Part shown: positions 38,791 through 51,550 of the stretch, in pieces
Layout: each line of letters begins with the position of its first letter
Numbering within the stretch: the first letter of the stretch is position 1
Source: Octopus bimaculoides
Lineage: Eukaryota
Length of the DNA: 64,000 bases
NCBI RefSeq assembly: GCF_001194135.2
Contig: NC_068997.1
Coordinates: 14,629,480-14,693,479, forward strand
Direction of reading: 5' to 3'
The notes under the pieces: model-generated
Databases searched by the model: none
The model's input: the letters and a program-made list of their open reading frames with translations, nothing else
Told to the model about the DNA's origin: nothing
Program-made: the position numbers and the translations under genes

Positions 38791-39140
38791 AATCACTATT
38801 TCTGTTTGTGTTTCATCAAGAAGCTGGTATTAATAATTTCTGTGGAAGTGATGCAATTTCACTAGATCATTCATTATGTTCTGATATTTGACACTATTCA
38901 AAATTTCATTCAGACATGTATTCAATGAGAGCCAACTTTACAAACATAAATGGAGTTGGGTGGCGTTGAGGTATGTTGTTGCAATTTTTTTGTTGTATAA
39001 CCCCAGGTCATTCCTAATCAAGCAGACCTATTTGTTTCATTCTTTTTTTTCCCCTCATTTTCTTTTGTAATCTAATTTGGATATCTTAATATCCTTAATA
39101 TAATAGTCACTCTTATATGTCAAGTTCCTTAGTAAGGTTG

Positions 39141-39142
<2 letters not shown>

Positions 39143-39188
<46 letters not shown>

Positions 39189-39204
39189 GTTATTATTATT
39201 ATTA

Positions 39205-39256
<52 letters not shown>

Positions 39257-39263
39257 CATTATT
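39143..39263. repeat. (ATT)n microsatellite
   Basis: Direct reading. Confidence 0.95.
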
Positions 39264-39480
39264 AAGGCAGCAAGCTGGCAGAATCATTAGCATGTCAAGC
39301 AAACTGCTTAACTTCATTTCATTTGTCTTTAGGTTTTGGGTTCAAATTCCACTGTGGTCAGCTTTGCCATTCCTCAATTCAGGGTTGATAAAATAAGTAC
39401 CAGTTAAGAACTGGGGTTAATGCAATCGATTTATCCTCTCCCTCAAAACTGCTGGCCTTGTGCCAAAATTTGAGACCAAT
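39264..39480 (+). mobile_element. SINE family A
   Basis: Follows a long (ATT)n tract; first of three tandem copies. Confidence 0.85.
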
Positions 39481-39525
39481 ATTTATTATTATTATTATTA
39501 TTAATGTTGTTGTTGTTGTTATTAA

Positions 39526-39742
39526 AAGGTGGCGAGCTGGTAGAATTGTTAGCAAGCCGGGCGAAATGCTTAACGGTATTTCATCTGCCTTCACATTCTG
39601 AGTTCAAATTCCACCGAGGTGGACTTAGCCTTTAATCCTTTCGGAGTTGATAAATTAAGTACCAGTTATGCACTGGGGTTGATATAATTGACTTAATCCC
39701 TTTGCACAAATTTGAGGCCTTGTACTTCCAGTAGAAAGGATT
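39526..39742 (+). mobile_element. SINE family A
   Basis: Second tandem copy. Confidence 0.85.
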
Positions 39743-39776
39743 ATCATAATCATCATCATCATCATCACCATCATGA

Positions 39777-39820
<44 letters not shown>

Positions 39821-39847
39821 GTTGTTGTTGTTGTTGTTGTTGTTGTT

Positions 39848-39972
39848 AAGGCAGAGAGTGGGCAGAATCATTAGCCTGCTGGGCAAAATGCTTAGTGATT
39901 ATTTTAATATACTGAGTTCAAATTGTGCCTATGACAACTTTTTCTTTTATGCTTCAGGGCCAATAAAATATT
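39848..39972 (+). mobile_element. SINE family A, truncated
   Basis: Third tandem copy, diverged. Confidence 0.7.
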
Positions 39973-40069
39973 GTAGCGATATGGACATCATCATATCACC
40001 AACTAATTTTCTACAGTATTGACTGTAAGTATCTTATTATACCAACAAGACTAGACAAGTTGTCAATGA

Positions 40070-40255
40070 TACAGACTGTCATGGCACTCTGTCATTTATG
40101 ACGACGAGGGTTCCAGTTGATCTGATCAAAGGAACAGCCTGCTTGTGAAATTAACCTGCAAGTAGCTGAGAACTCCACAGACACGTGTATCCTTAATGTA
40201 GTTCGTGAGGAGATTCAGCGTGACACAGAGTGTGACAGGGCTGGGAGAGGACAGA
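40070..40255 (-). mobile_element. SINE family D, 3' part
   Basis: Colinear with 53178-53335. Confidence 0.85.
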
Positions 40256-40308
40256 GAGAGAGCAGGAACAGAATGGTATTTTATATTATATATTATTGAC
40301 TGTCTGAA

Positions 40309-40790
40309 GGTGAATGGCTCAGTGGTGAAAGCAACAGGCTCACAATCATGAGGTTGTGAGTTCGATTCCTGGACTACGCTGTGTTTGGTGTTCTTGAGCA
40401 AGACACTTTAATTCACGCTGCTCCAGTTCACTCAGCTGTAGAAATGAGTTGTGATGTCACAGGTGCCAAGATGTATCATCCTTTGTCTTTCCCTTGGATA
40501 ACATCGGTGGTGTGGAGAGCGGAGGCTGGTATGCATGGACGACTGCTGGTCTTCCATAAACAACCTTGCCCGGACTAATGCCTCGGAGGGGAGCTTTGTC
40601 AATGCAATCCCATGGTCAGTCATGACTGAAGAGGATCTTTACTCTTTACCCTGTGTACATGGAGAAGGGAGGCTGGTATGCATGGGCAACTGCTGGTCTT
40701 CCATAAACAACCTTGCCCGGACTTGTGCCTCAGAGGAGAACTTTCTAGAATGTTCAGTGATTTATGACTGAAGGGGGTCCTTTTTAATAT
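40309..40790 (+). mobile_element. SINE family E (tRNA head, CORE-like domain) with a tandemly duplicated tail
   Basis: A-box TGGCTCAGTGG, B-box GTTCGATTCC, CORE-like GTTCTTGAGCAAGACACTT. The tail module is repeated at about 40511-40650 and 40659-40784. Confidence 0.8.
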
Positions 40791-41614
40791 TATTGACCTC
40801 AGAAAGCTAACAGCCAAAACAAACATGCAAGGCATTTGTCTGACCCTTTAGCAATTGAACCAATCAAGCCCTCCTACATAAATGTGTGTGTGTGTGTGTG
40901 TGTGTGTGTTAGCATCACTGTCAAAGAAGTGATGCGGTTTGTTTCCAATCTTCCATAAAAAAAATAAAATAAACGTTTCTAGCCATAAGAAAATATTATC
41001 TTCTTTTGCTTGGAAACAAGTGAGTGATACTGACAGTGAAGTGAGTGATACTGACAGTGAAGGTGTCTGGCTAAAGAACACCTGTCTCACTGAATTCTTT
41101 CTGACCTGTGCATGCATGGAAAGGTGGACATTGAATGATAATGATGATAACAAAGGTGAGGATTTACAGGAAGAAAAAAAAGAAAGAAGTTTGCAAAAAT
41201 ACACTGATAGTTGCTCACTCACATGTGTAATAAAAAGTAATAACCAATTTAGTAATAGCGGTGGGCTAACATGAACTCATGTCCTCAAGGCAAAAATCCC
41301 ATTTGAAAACCTATCAATCAATCAAGGATTTTCACAGTAAAATACTTCAATAAAACATTAAAGAAATTTCTACAATTGACATTTAAATCAAACTTTGCTT
41401 ATTAGAAGGAACTCATTTAGGAATTAAACATTTCGTTTCGTTGGGGTTTTGTTGTTTGTTTTTTTAGTGATTGTCATGTATTTTAAAGAATATTTTAAAT
41501 ATATGTGTGTATGGATTTCTTTCCATGCTTGTTTCTTTCAAGGTGTATATGGACGCTTGCAAATATATTTCATCTATGTATAATTGTTCACGCATGCAAA
41601 TGTTTACTTGTGTT

Positions 41615-41680
<66 letters not shown>

Positions 41681-41728
41681 TANNNNNNNNNNTAGATAGA
41701 TAGATAGGTAGTTAGGTGGGTAGGTAGG

Positions 41729-41767
<39 letters not shown>

Positions 41768-41770
41768 GGA
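41615..41770. repeat. (TAGA)n/(GA)n/(TAGG)n compound microsatellite
   Basis: Direct reading. Confidence 0.9.
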
Positions 41771-42279
41771 GATATGAGTTACTTTTAATGTTGTTTGTTA
41801 ATAAATTTTAGTCTAGTTTGATTAGCTGTCTGAGTATGTATATGTGTTTGTATGTGAGTTTATGTAAATTAATTTTTGCATGTATGTATATGCATATGTG
41901 AGATCATGTACAATTATTTTTGTGAAAACACATATATTTGTAGGCATAACTACCTACATTTTCTGTCTTGTCTTTTCCTTGTCCACCTACCTGCTCATGC
42001 ATTATCTTAGCTTTTACAAACACACTTCGCTTTTTTTTTAAGGAAACCTCATTATTATCACTTTGTCATTCATTCCATGACACATCTTACAGTTTTATCC
42101 ATTTCCTTAACATTTTACTTCTTTTTTTAATACTCTATGTTAAATCTGACTGAATGCATCACAGAAATTTATAATTGGTACCTATATAGAGCTTAGATAA
42201 ATATGCTTTCACCAGTGGCAAGCATTCAGTCTTAGCTGAAATTGCACTTAGCTAGAAAAGCTGGCCATATTCAATGGAC

Positions 42280-42326
<47 letters not shown>

Positions 42327-42689
42327 NNNNNNNNNNGAAAACAGAGTATACCGTATTATGCTTTATGTATGGTTGTCACCAGAAAATTTTTCTTGACATA
42401 GTATGCACATGAAAGGAGTACTAAATTGATGGAGAGGGGGGGGTCAATATCACCCCACCACCACCACCACCACCACTTCCCCTATACAACTGAAGATAAG
42501 GGAGGGAGAGTTGGGAAATAGTGCAACTTGGAATCAAATGTGTCATGTAAGCACTTGACTTGTATGAATCCCATCAGAGTTCTACAGAACAAACATCTTA
42601 CCATTATAAAATAATATAAGCATATATAATACACATCCATCATCATCATCGTCGTCGTCGTCATCGTCATCGTTAATGTCATTATCACT

Positions 42690-42838
42690 ATCATTGTTTA
42701 CCTGCTGTTCTTGTTCCATGCTAGCATGGGTCAGATAGTTTGACAGGATCCGAGTTAGCCTGAGGGCTGTATTGGTCTCTATCATCTACTTTGGCATGGT
42801 TTCTATGGCTGAATGCCCTTCCTAATGCCAACCATGTT
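42690..42838 (-). mobile_element. Family C 3' part
   Basis: TTCCATGCTAGCATGGG...GAATGCCCTTCCTAATGCCAACC. Confidence 0.8.
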
Positions 42839-43059
42839 CTGTAGGGATGGGCAGATAAACTTTGGATGATGAATGTGCCTCTAGGCTTCTTCAGAGGGCC
42901 TAAGTGGTTGGGAGGACTAATACATATAAGAGACAGTTAACAATAGGTACAGTGTGATTGTCTTTTTTCAAAAAGGGTAGAAAAAGAATAGGAGTAAGAA
43001 TAAGAACAAACATGTGGATGTGAGTGAAGTACAACTTAGCATATATATATATATATATT

Positions 43060-43368
43060 GGGCCTCATGGAGGCATTGTCTGAGACCTCTGGCATTATGT
43101 CATGATTGAGAAGAAGACCCATGAAGCCAAGCAAAATCACAATCATAGCAGGTACCGGTGTCACGCAAAAGGCACCTATGCCAGTGGCACATAAAAAGCA
43201 CCCATTACACTCTTGGAGTGGTTGGCATTAAGAAGAGCATCCAGCCATAGAAAACTATGGTAAATCAGGTCTGATGCAGCCTTCCAGCCTTCCTGCAACC
43301 TGGTCAAACTGTCCAACCCATGCCAGCATGGTCAACAGACGTTAAATGATGATGATGATGATGATGAT
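43060..43368 (+). mobile_element. Family C, longer copy
   Basis: GTGGCACATAAAAAGCACCC...GCATCCAGCCATAGAAA...CAACCCATGCCAGCATGG..GACGTTAAATGATGATG. Confidence 0.85.
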
Positions 43369-43570
43369 ATAATTTCTTTATTTGTGAATTAAGGCTACCA
43401 TTGGTTTCATGTTAAGAAGAATAGGAAAATATCTTAGTGTCTTAACAAATCTTCGAGCCAATCACATAAACAATTTTTCAAGCCAATCACATGCTCAAAG
43501 ACATTTTCCCCACTCTTCTTAACATGAAACCAACGGTAGCCCTAATTCACAAATAAAGAAATCATATATC
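43365..43570. repeat. MITE-like inverted repeat element (49-bp core arms, 47/49 identical)
   Basis: 43372-43420 versus 43514-43562. The spacer holds AGCCAATCACA twice. Confidence 0.85.
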
Positions 43571-44333
43571 CACCAATGCAGTGTTGAGAACTCATTCCAT
43601 CAGTCTACATTTACGTTGGCATTAGAATAATTGATAAGTAACTTGCAAGGCTGGAAAGAGCAAGTACCTAGTAACAAAGTGCTTCAGATATCATTGACTA
43701 TAATAGATTTTATTTTTTCTAACTATAAAAGTGCTAAAAGAATTCTAATACTAACCACATATGAGGTCTTTAGTTCATTTCAGTTATCACGAGTAAGACA
43801 ATTCTAGAATCTCATGGCTTTAGTTGTGATGGAACATTATCCCATTTACATAGAGCAAAAATTTCCATTAATTTCATTTTTTCTTAATTTTTTTTTTTTA
43901 AAGTTAATTTTGGGTCAAAAATTTCTGCCACTTATATAATAGGAACATATATTGAACATAACCCTACTTGTCAATATTAATAATTTATCCTTGAATAAAT
44001 TCAGTTGGATTTTAGTGTTTTCTGGCCCATTGCATTCCTGAGTAACTAAGATAACTTATTTCTGTAACAGACTGTGTACAGTGATCAGTATAACATTTTA
44101 TTTTACATTGAGATGTTGAAGCTAAATTGCTATATTCGGTTAGGGTCTAATTTTTTTTTTTTCTGGTCTGTTAAGAACAATGTTTTTCGGTATATAAATA
44201 AACAGAAGCTTATCGTTTTGTTTACTTTATCTACAAAGCTTATTACCCAAGCTACAGTGCATATTTAAGTTTCAAGTCTTTTTTTACGACGACAGTGGTG
44301 ATGATGGTGATGATGAAGATGATNNNNNNNNNN

Positions 44334-44376
<43 letters not shown>

Positions 44377-44531
44377 TTGATACTCTTGATACTGGTAAAA
44401 ACAACAAACACAATGTCTCTAAGGTTTAACTCCCCATAATACATTGCAGTATATGTACATTAAATTGCATTAAAGTTATGTACAAATATGCATGTATGTA
44501 ATTATATGTATATACATACATGTATATGCGC

Positions 44532-44570
<39 letters not shown>

Positions 44571-44615
44571 GACACACACAAACATATATATATATGTATG
44601 TGTATATACATATAT

Positions 44616-44823
44616 CATCATCATCGTTTAACGTCCGCTTTCCATGCTAGCATGGGTTGGACGATTTGACTGAGGACTGGTGAAACTGGATAGCAACACC
44701 AGGCTCCAGTCTGATTTGGCAGAGTTTCTACAGCTGGATGCCCTTCCTAACGCCAACCACTCAGAGAGTGTAGTGGGTGCTTTTACATGTCACCCGCACG
44801 AAAACGGCCACGCTCAAAATGGT
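44616..44823 (-). mobile_element. Family C, young copy running into an N gap
   Basis: Near-perfect reverse complement of the 56340-56530 segment. Confidence 0.9.
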
Positions 44824-45767
44824 NNNNNNNNNNNNNNNNNNNNNNNNNNNNNNNNNNNNNNNNNNNNNNNNNNNNNNNNNNNNNNNNNNNNNNNNNNNNN
44901 NNNNNNNNNNNNNNNNNNNNNNNNNNNNNNNNNNNNNNNNNNNNNNNNNNNNNNNNNNNNNNNNNNNNNNNNNNNNNNNNNNNNNNNNNNNNNNNNNNNN
45001 NNNNNNNNNNNNNNNNNNNNNNNNNNNNNNNNNNNNNNNNNNNNNNNNNNNNNNNNNNNNNNNNNNNNNNNNNNNNNNNNNNNNNNNNNNNNNNNNNNNN
45101 NNNNNNNNNNNNNNNNNNNNNNNNNNNNNNNNNNNNNNNNNNNNNNNNNNNNNNNNNNNNNNNNNNNNNNNNNNNNNNNNNNNNNNNNNNNNNNNNNNNN
45201 NNNNNNNNNNNNNNNNNNNNNNNNNNNNNNNNNNNNNNNNNNNNNNNNNNNNNNNNNNNNNNNNNNNNNNNNNNNNNNNNNNNNNNNNNNNNNNNNNNNN
45301 NNNNNNNNNNNNNNNNNNNNNNNNNNNNNNNNNNNNNNNNNNNNNNNNNNNNNNNNNNNNNNNNNNNNNNNNNNNNNNNNNNNNNNNNNNNNNNNNNNNN
45401 NNNNNNNNNNNNNNNNNNNNNNNNNNNNNNNNNNNNNNNNNNNNNNNNNNNNNNNNNNNNNNNNNNNNNNNNNNNNNNNNNNNNNNNNNNNNNNNNNNNN
45501 NNNNNNNNNNNNNNNNNNNNNNNNNNNNNNNNNNNNNNNNNNNNNNNNNNNNNNNNNNNNNNNNNNNNNNNNNNNNNNNNNNNNNNNNNNNNNNNNNNNN
45601 NNNNNNNNNNNTATATATATATATGTATATATACACATACATATATATGTGTGTGTATGTCAGTGTGTATGCACATGTATGTGTCTGTATTTGTGTGGAT
45701 GTTAAATGATGATGATGACAATGACATGATGATGACGATGATATATGTACACACACACACACACACT

Positions 45768-45955
45768 CTTTTACTCTGCTACTGGTTCTAGCTATTGGAT
45801 TGCAACCAAGCTGAGTTTGGTTGATCAAACAAACTTCGGTATTTATTTATTTTTTTTTTTTCAAGTAGTGCATTTATTCTAATGGTCCCTATTTTGCTTG
45901 GATCTCTAAGTTACACAGACATAAACAAACAAACACTGGTTGTGAAGTGGTGTAC
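45768..45955 (-). mobile_element. SINE family B, diverged 3' part
   Basis: TTTTACTCTGC...CTAAGTTACACAGACATAAACA. Confidence 0.55.
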
Positions 45956-46099
45956 CATAGAAACATTCATGTTCTGATTTTATTTTGCTTGGAGAGGGTT
46001 TCTAGCCCAAATATAAGGCTCTGTCACCAACATTCAAAGAACATCAACAGGATAGTTATGTGTGTATGTATGCATGGATAATATTAAATGTATAGTAGG

Positions 46100-46885
46100 G
46101 TCAGTTGGGCACTGACTGAGAGAAAAACGGCACCGCGATGCAATTCACACTGCCAAAAACTTGGAAAAGACATACTGTACTGCTTGGCATTCAAGCCAGA
46201 AGATCCAGTACGAACATCAATTCAGAGTGTTTGGGTGTCAATCTGAAAACAGTGCAATCTGAGGGCATGTACCGAGAGTGATAAAAATCAAACATGCAGC
46301 CAACTTCATGGTGTTTCGAGTGATCACTAGTGATAGCGATGTTATGCTTCCATTCATATTCCCACATGGTCTCATATTCAACACAAAAGCTGACATCAAG
46401 TGCCTGGAGGAGGTAGTGCTGCCCTAGGTCAAGAGAGTGGCTGCTGGAAGACACTATGTCTGGCAAATGGATACTGCACCATGCCACACAAGCAGGAGAA
46501 CCCAGTCATGGCAGTCGATAATTTCTGCAACCACATCACTCCTCACATTTGGTCACCAAACTCCCCAGACTGCAGCCCCCTTGATGGTTATGTGCAGGGT
46601 ACAGGTGAGCAAGAGACCAACAAATCTCCTTGTAACACCAAAGGTGAACTGAAGGCAAGGATTATGGCAGCATTCACCAACTTAAAGAAGGAGACTATCC
46701 AGAAGAGTTGCAGGAAATTCCAAAGTCATCTGGAGGACGCGGTTGAAGCCAATGGCGATTTTATTGAATAAATCTACTTCTTAGTATTTCAAAATATTTT
46801 TATGTAATTTTAGTAAATATACCCATTAAAATGAGATGTCAGTATTATTTTCATTTTTGTGTAACTTAGATGACAGTTTATTGAC
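46100..46885 (+). mobile_element. Tc1/mariner DD37D (maT-type) transposon fossil, internally deleted and frameshifted
   Basis: N-terminal MQFTLPKTWKRHTVLLGIQ... near 46138, then a deletion, then KHAANFMVFRVITSDSDVMLPFIFPHG...YVWQMDTAPCHTSRRTQSW(fs)DNFCNHITPHIWSPNSPDCSPLD...EANGDFIE*. There are 37 residues between the second and third catalytic D after repairing a 1-bp frameshift. The right end runs into an N gap. Confidence 0.85.
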
Positions 46886-48098
46886 NNNNNNNNNNNNNNN
46901 NNNNNNNNNNNNNNNNNNNNNNNNNNNNNNNNNNNNNNNNNNNNNNNNNNNNNNNNNNNNNNNNNNNNNNNNNNNNNNNNNNNNNNNNNNNNNNNNNNNN
47001 NNNNNNNNNNNNNNNNNNNNNNNNNNNNNNNNNNNNNNNNNNNNNNNNNNNNNNNNNNNNNNNNNNNNNNNNNNNNNNNNNNNNNNNNNNNNNNNNNNNN
47101 NNNNNNNNNNNNNNNNNNNNNNNNNNNNNNNNNNNNNNNNNNNNNNNNNNNNNNNNNNNNNNNNNNNNNNNNNNNNNNNNNNNNNNNNNNNNNNNNNNNN
47201 NNNNNNNNNNNNNNNNNNNNNNNNNNNNNNNNNNNNNNNNNNNNNNNNNNNNNNNNNNNNNNNNNNNNNNNNNNNNNNNNNNNNNNNNNNNNNNNNNNNN
47301 NNNNNNNNNNNNNNNNNNNNNNNNNNNNNNNNNNNNNNNNNNNNNNNNNNNNNNNNNNNNNNNNNNNNNNNNNNNNNNNNNNNNNNNNNNNNNNNNNNNN
47401 NNNNNNNNNNNNNNNNNNNNNNNNNNNNNNNNNNNNNNNNNNNNNNNNNNNNNNNNNNNNNNNNNNNNNNNNNNNNNNNNNNNNNNNNNNNNNNNNNNNN
47501 NNNNNNNNNNNNNNNNNNNNNNNNNNNNNNNNNNNNNNNNNNNNNNNNNNNNNNNNNNNNNNNNNNNNNNNNNNNNNNNNNNNNNNNNNNNNNNNNNNNN
47601 NNNNNNNNNNNNNNNNNNNNNNNNNNNNNNNNNNNNNNNNNNNNNNNNNNNNNNNNNNNNNNNNNNNNNNNNNNNNNTATATATGTATATATGTATGTGT
47701 ATATATTTGCATTTATGGGGTGAGGAAAACATATAACTATGTAGAGGTATATGTATTACTGTCTTAGCTCAAGTTCAACCATCATTTTAACAGTTCCATT
47801 AGCAAAGCCATTCCTGCAATGACCATATTGCTTGGAATCATCTGAGTATAGTGTAACCCCAACTGGTATTCTCAAATGCATTCTTCTGTTTTCGTAAGAC
47901 AGTAGTGTGTGATTTCAAGGAGACATAGTTATGATTTGTAGCTAGTGAAATATCTTAGAGGTTACCTCATTAGCGTTCGAGAAGTTTTGGCTACATACGT
48001 ATATCATGCACACATACACAGGCACGAACATGCACACACTCACACATACAAAAATACACACACACACACACAAAATATATACATATACGTGTGTATAT

Positions 48099-48147
<49 letters not shown>

Positions 48148-48611
48148 NNNNNNNNNNNNNNNNNNNNNNNNNNNNNNNNNNNNNNNNNNNNNNNNNNNNN
48201 NNNNNNNNNNNNNNNNNNNNNNNNNNNNNNNNNNNNNNNNNNNNNNNNNNNNNNNNNNNNNNNNNNNNNNNNNNNNNNNNNNNNNNNNNNNNNNNNNNNN
48301 NNNNNNNNNNNNNNNNNNNNNNNNNNNNNNNNNNNNNNNNNNNNNNNNNNNNNNNNNNNNNNNNNNNNNNNNNNNNNNNNNNNNNNNNNNNNNNNNNNNN
48401 NNNNNNNNNNNNNNNNNNNNNNNNNNNNNNNNNNNNNNNNNNNNNNNNNNNNNNNNNNNNNNNNNNNNNNNNNNNNNNNNNNNNNNNNNNNNNNNNNNNN
48501 NNNNNNNNNNNNNNNNNNNNNNNNNNNNNNNNNNNNNNNNNNNNNNNNNNNNNNNNNNNNNNNNNNNNNNNNNNNNNNNNNNNNNNATATATATATGTGT
48601 ATATATATATG

Positions 48612-48664
<53 letters not shown>

Positions 48665-49834
48665 TTGTATGTATGTACACACATGTAAGTTACACACACA
48701 GCCACACACACATTTATATATATAAAACCGTTATACATTTAAACATGTATGTGTGTGTGTGTGTGCACATGTGCCTATATCAGTGTGTGCATGCACACGC
48801 AAGCGGGTGTATGTTTATACATAACATAAGCTAGATTTTGACATAAAATTTCAAAGGTATTTATTTGCTTATACATTCAAAGAAATCTTCTGCTGATAAA
48901 CTTTCACGGTTTTCAGATTAATTTTCTGAATCCTTTTTCTCTTGTTGACACTGCGGTTAGTCGTTAGCTTCAGTAGTGATTAAGTAAGAGCACACGGTGA
49001 GCTACGTGTCATTCTCAATTATTATCTTTACCAACTTCTCACCTCCCCCCCCCTGCCACTCTTCTCTTAAGATATTCTTCTAGCATCTTGAAAAAGAAAG
49101 GTATTAGTAGGAAAATATACAGCTCTGTCATTCCATAGCATGGCCCCCACTTGGCAACACTGTTATTGATATGCTACTCGTTTGGAAAAGTTTGTAGTCT
49201 CATAGGTCCATGATAGATTAACTGAATTGCTGAGAATTGCAGTCAACCTTGTTGTAATATGTGCACGAGTCAGATATGGCAGATTCTTTTATGATATTGT
49301 ATATTAAGATTTGTAAGAAATGTTGGATTATCTTCACTGAGTTGATGTATTCTTCATCACATGAAGGAAAGAAATTGAAGTAAAAGAGAAATGACAGAGG
49401 GTGTGGGTGGCAGGTGGGTAGAAAAATCGGGAAAGAAGAGAAAGAGATGCTTGTTCTTTAAAAGAGATAATTGGAATGGTGGATTAGAACTAATAAAAAT
49501 GGAACTTAACTGAAATGGCTCCTCATAAAATATCAGACAGAGCTGAAAAGGAATGGATAGAAATGCCAAGCGAAATAATTACTTTGGCATCCTTTTAATA
49601 TTCATGCATATAAGTGTGGTTTGCTGAAGAAAATAAGGACAAACAAAGTATTTAATTGAAGGTAAGGTGCAGCCACTTCGATTTCGGTACAGCTGGTACA
49701 TTCAAACAGCCAGAAATACATCTCCATGTGAGATCTTTTAACGTAGCAAAACTGATGAAGTGGAAGCAGATTTTGGCTTAACAGAATAAATTCAACAACA
49801 CTTTGGGGGATTCTTCATCTGACAGCTTTTATAT

Positions 49835-49867
<33 letters not shown>

Positions 49868-50044
49868 GTTGTTGTTATTGTTGTTGTTGTCGTCGTGTTG
49901 TCGTCATCGTCTTCATTGTCATCATCACCATCATTATTGCCATCATCATCATCATCATTGTTATCATCATCATCATTGTCATCATCGTCATCATTATCAT
50001 CACCAGTATCATAATCACTAACATCATCATCAACATCCACATGT

Positions 50045-50101
<57 letters not shown>

Positions 50102-50508
50102 ATATACATTTCTGTACATATGGACAAACAATACAGAAATAAATTACTTATTGCTTCCTCAAGTTGGCACGGTGCCTGAGATTTTTCAGCTGAAAGAAGG
50201 ATTGGAACGGTGTGTGATGGTCATGTATTTCACAAGTGTAATAATGACAGAAAAGCAATGAATTTTAGTGCTGGTAAACTTAGAAATCAGTCTCTAGTTT
50301 ACAAACAAAACGATGACATGTCATTGTACAGGTACGCACAGATTCTCAAATATAGGCTGATTGCATACAGAGATAGAAACCCAGGTATAATTTTGAAAAT
50401 TTTCTCTGAGTTTATTTGTCATCATGACCGTTTGTTGTAGCATCACTTCCTTTAATGATGTTGTTATTATATTGTAGACACAGGTTGGGAAAGAGCTTGC
50501 TACTCAAA

Positions 50509-50553
<45 letters not shown>

Positions 50554-50754
50554 TTCTACCTCTCCTATCAAAACTTTTTTTTCCTAAACAGTCACCAGGC
50601 TTGACTGCTAAGTCCACAAGGATTTTTTTTATTCCCTCTCTGTTTATTTTCTCGTGTTCCTTTCTGTTGAAGAGCATAGGCTCGAAATATAAAAGACTTC
50701 CTCACAGGCAGACTGATAGATAGATTTATATGCATATATATACATATACATATA

Positions 50755-50970
50755 CAAGAGGGTGCTGAAAAGTTCCTGGCTTTAAGGGTATCAGGCAAGG
50801 CCTGGTTGGAGGCCCAATATCCTGAGTTCTTTTACAAGGTTTACAAAAACTGAAGGACCACTGCAATAAGTGTGTGAATCTGAGAGGGAAATATGTTGAA
50901 TAAAATCATAATTAAGTGATCTTACCCTATTCTCTTTTACCCCAAACCAGGAACTTTTCAGCACCCCTGA
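50755..50970 (+). mobile_element. Mariner-derived MITE with TIRs, TA-flanked
   Basis: Left GGGTGCTGAAAAGTTCCTGG and right CCAGGAACTTTTCAGCACCC are inverted repeats, with TA on both sides. The interior encodes the mariner C-terminus LLQGLQKLKDHCNKCVNLRGKYVE*. Confidence 0.85.
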
Positions 50971-51089
50971 TAAGTATGTGTGTCTGTGTGTCCATTGTAA
51001 CCGTATCTTAACATCACATCAAAGTATAAACAAGCATCCCTATCATACATGGAAAATCCATCTGTCTTTGAGAAATATTACTGTGCTCG

Positions 51090-51215
51090 AGAACAGGTGA
51101 GTGTTGGCAACAGGAAGGGCATCCAGCTGCGGAAAAATCTGCCTCAATGAATTCCACCTGACCCATGGAAGCTTGGAAAAAGTGGATGTTTAATGATGAT
51201 GATAATGATGATGAT
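51090..51215 (+). mobile_element. Family C, short variant
   Basis: GTTGGCAACAGGAAGGGCATCCAGCTG...GGAAAAGTGGATGTTTAATGATGAT. Confidence 0.7.
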
Positions 51216-51374
51216 GACAATAATGACGACGGCGACGACAATGATAAGGAGGAAGAGGAATCATGATGATAATGGTGGTGGTGGTGATGGTGATGGTGGC
51301 AATGACGGTAATGACAACGACCAGGCCAACGATGACGACAATGATGATGATGATAATGTTCATCATAATAATGA

Positions 51375-51550
51375 TGATTGCCTTTGTTAAATTACTTTTA
51401 GAAATAACAGTAAATTTAGTAAATTAACTTTGTCGTTATTTAGCTGGTGTTTGGAACATAAATTTACATGAAAATTTGATGGATGGCTTTTAGATCAGTT
51501 TAAATAGAACTAGGAAAGTTCTTGGGTGGTTTTGGAAGTAAAAGGGTTAA
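51375..51550 (+). mobile_element. AT-rich DNA-transposon-like repeat ending AAAGGGTTAA (piggyBac-like end)
   Basis: Shares TTATTTAGCTG..TTTG.AA.A.AAATTTACATGAAA with 52868-52970 and the inverted 53048-53150. It ends in GGG-TTAA. Confidence 0.5.

Noticed and set aside
40311-40375. tRNA-like sequence with A and B boxes (also heads at 53480-53548 and in families A and B)
   Set aside because: Each continues into a SINE body and lacks a clean cloverleaf with acceptor-stem pairing, so these are SINE heads, not tRNA genes.
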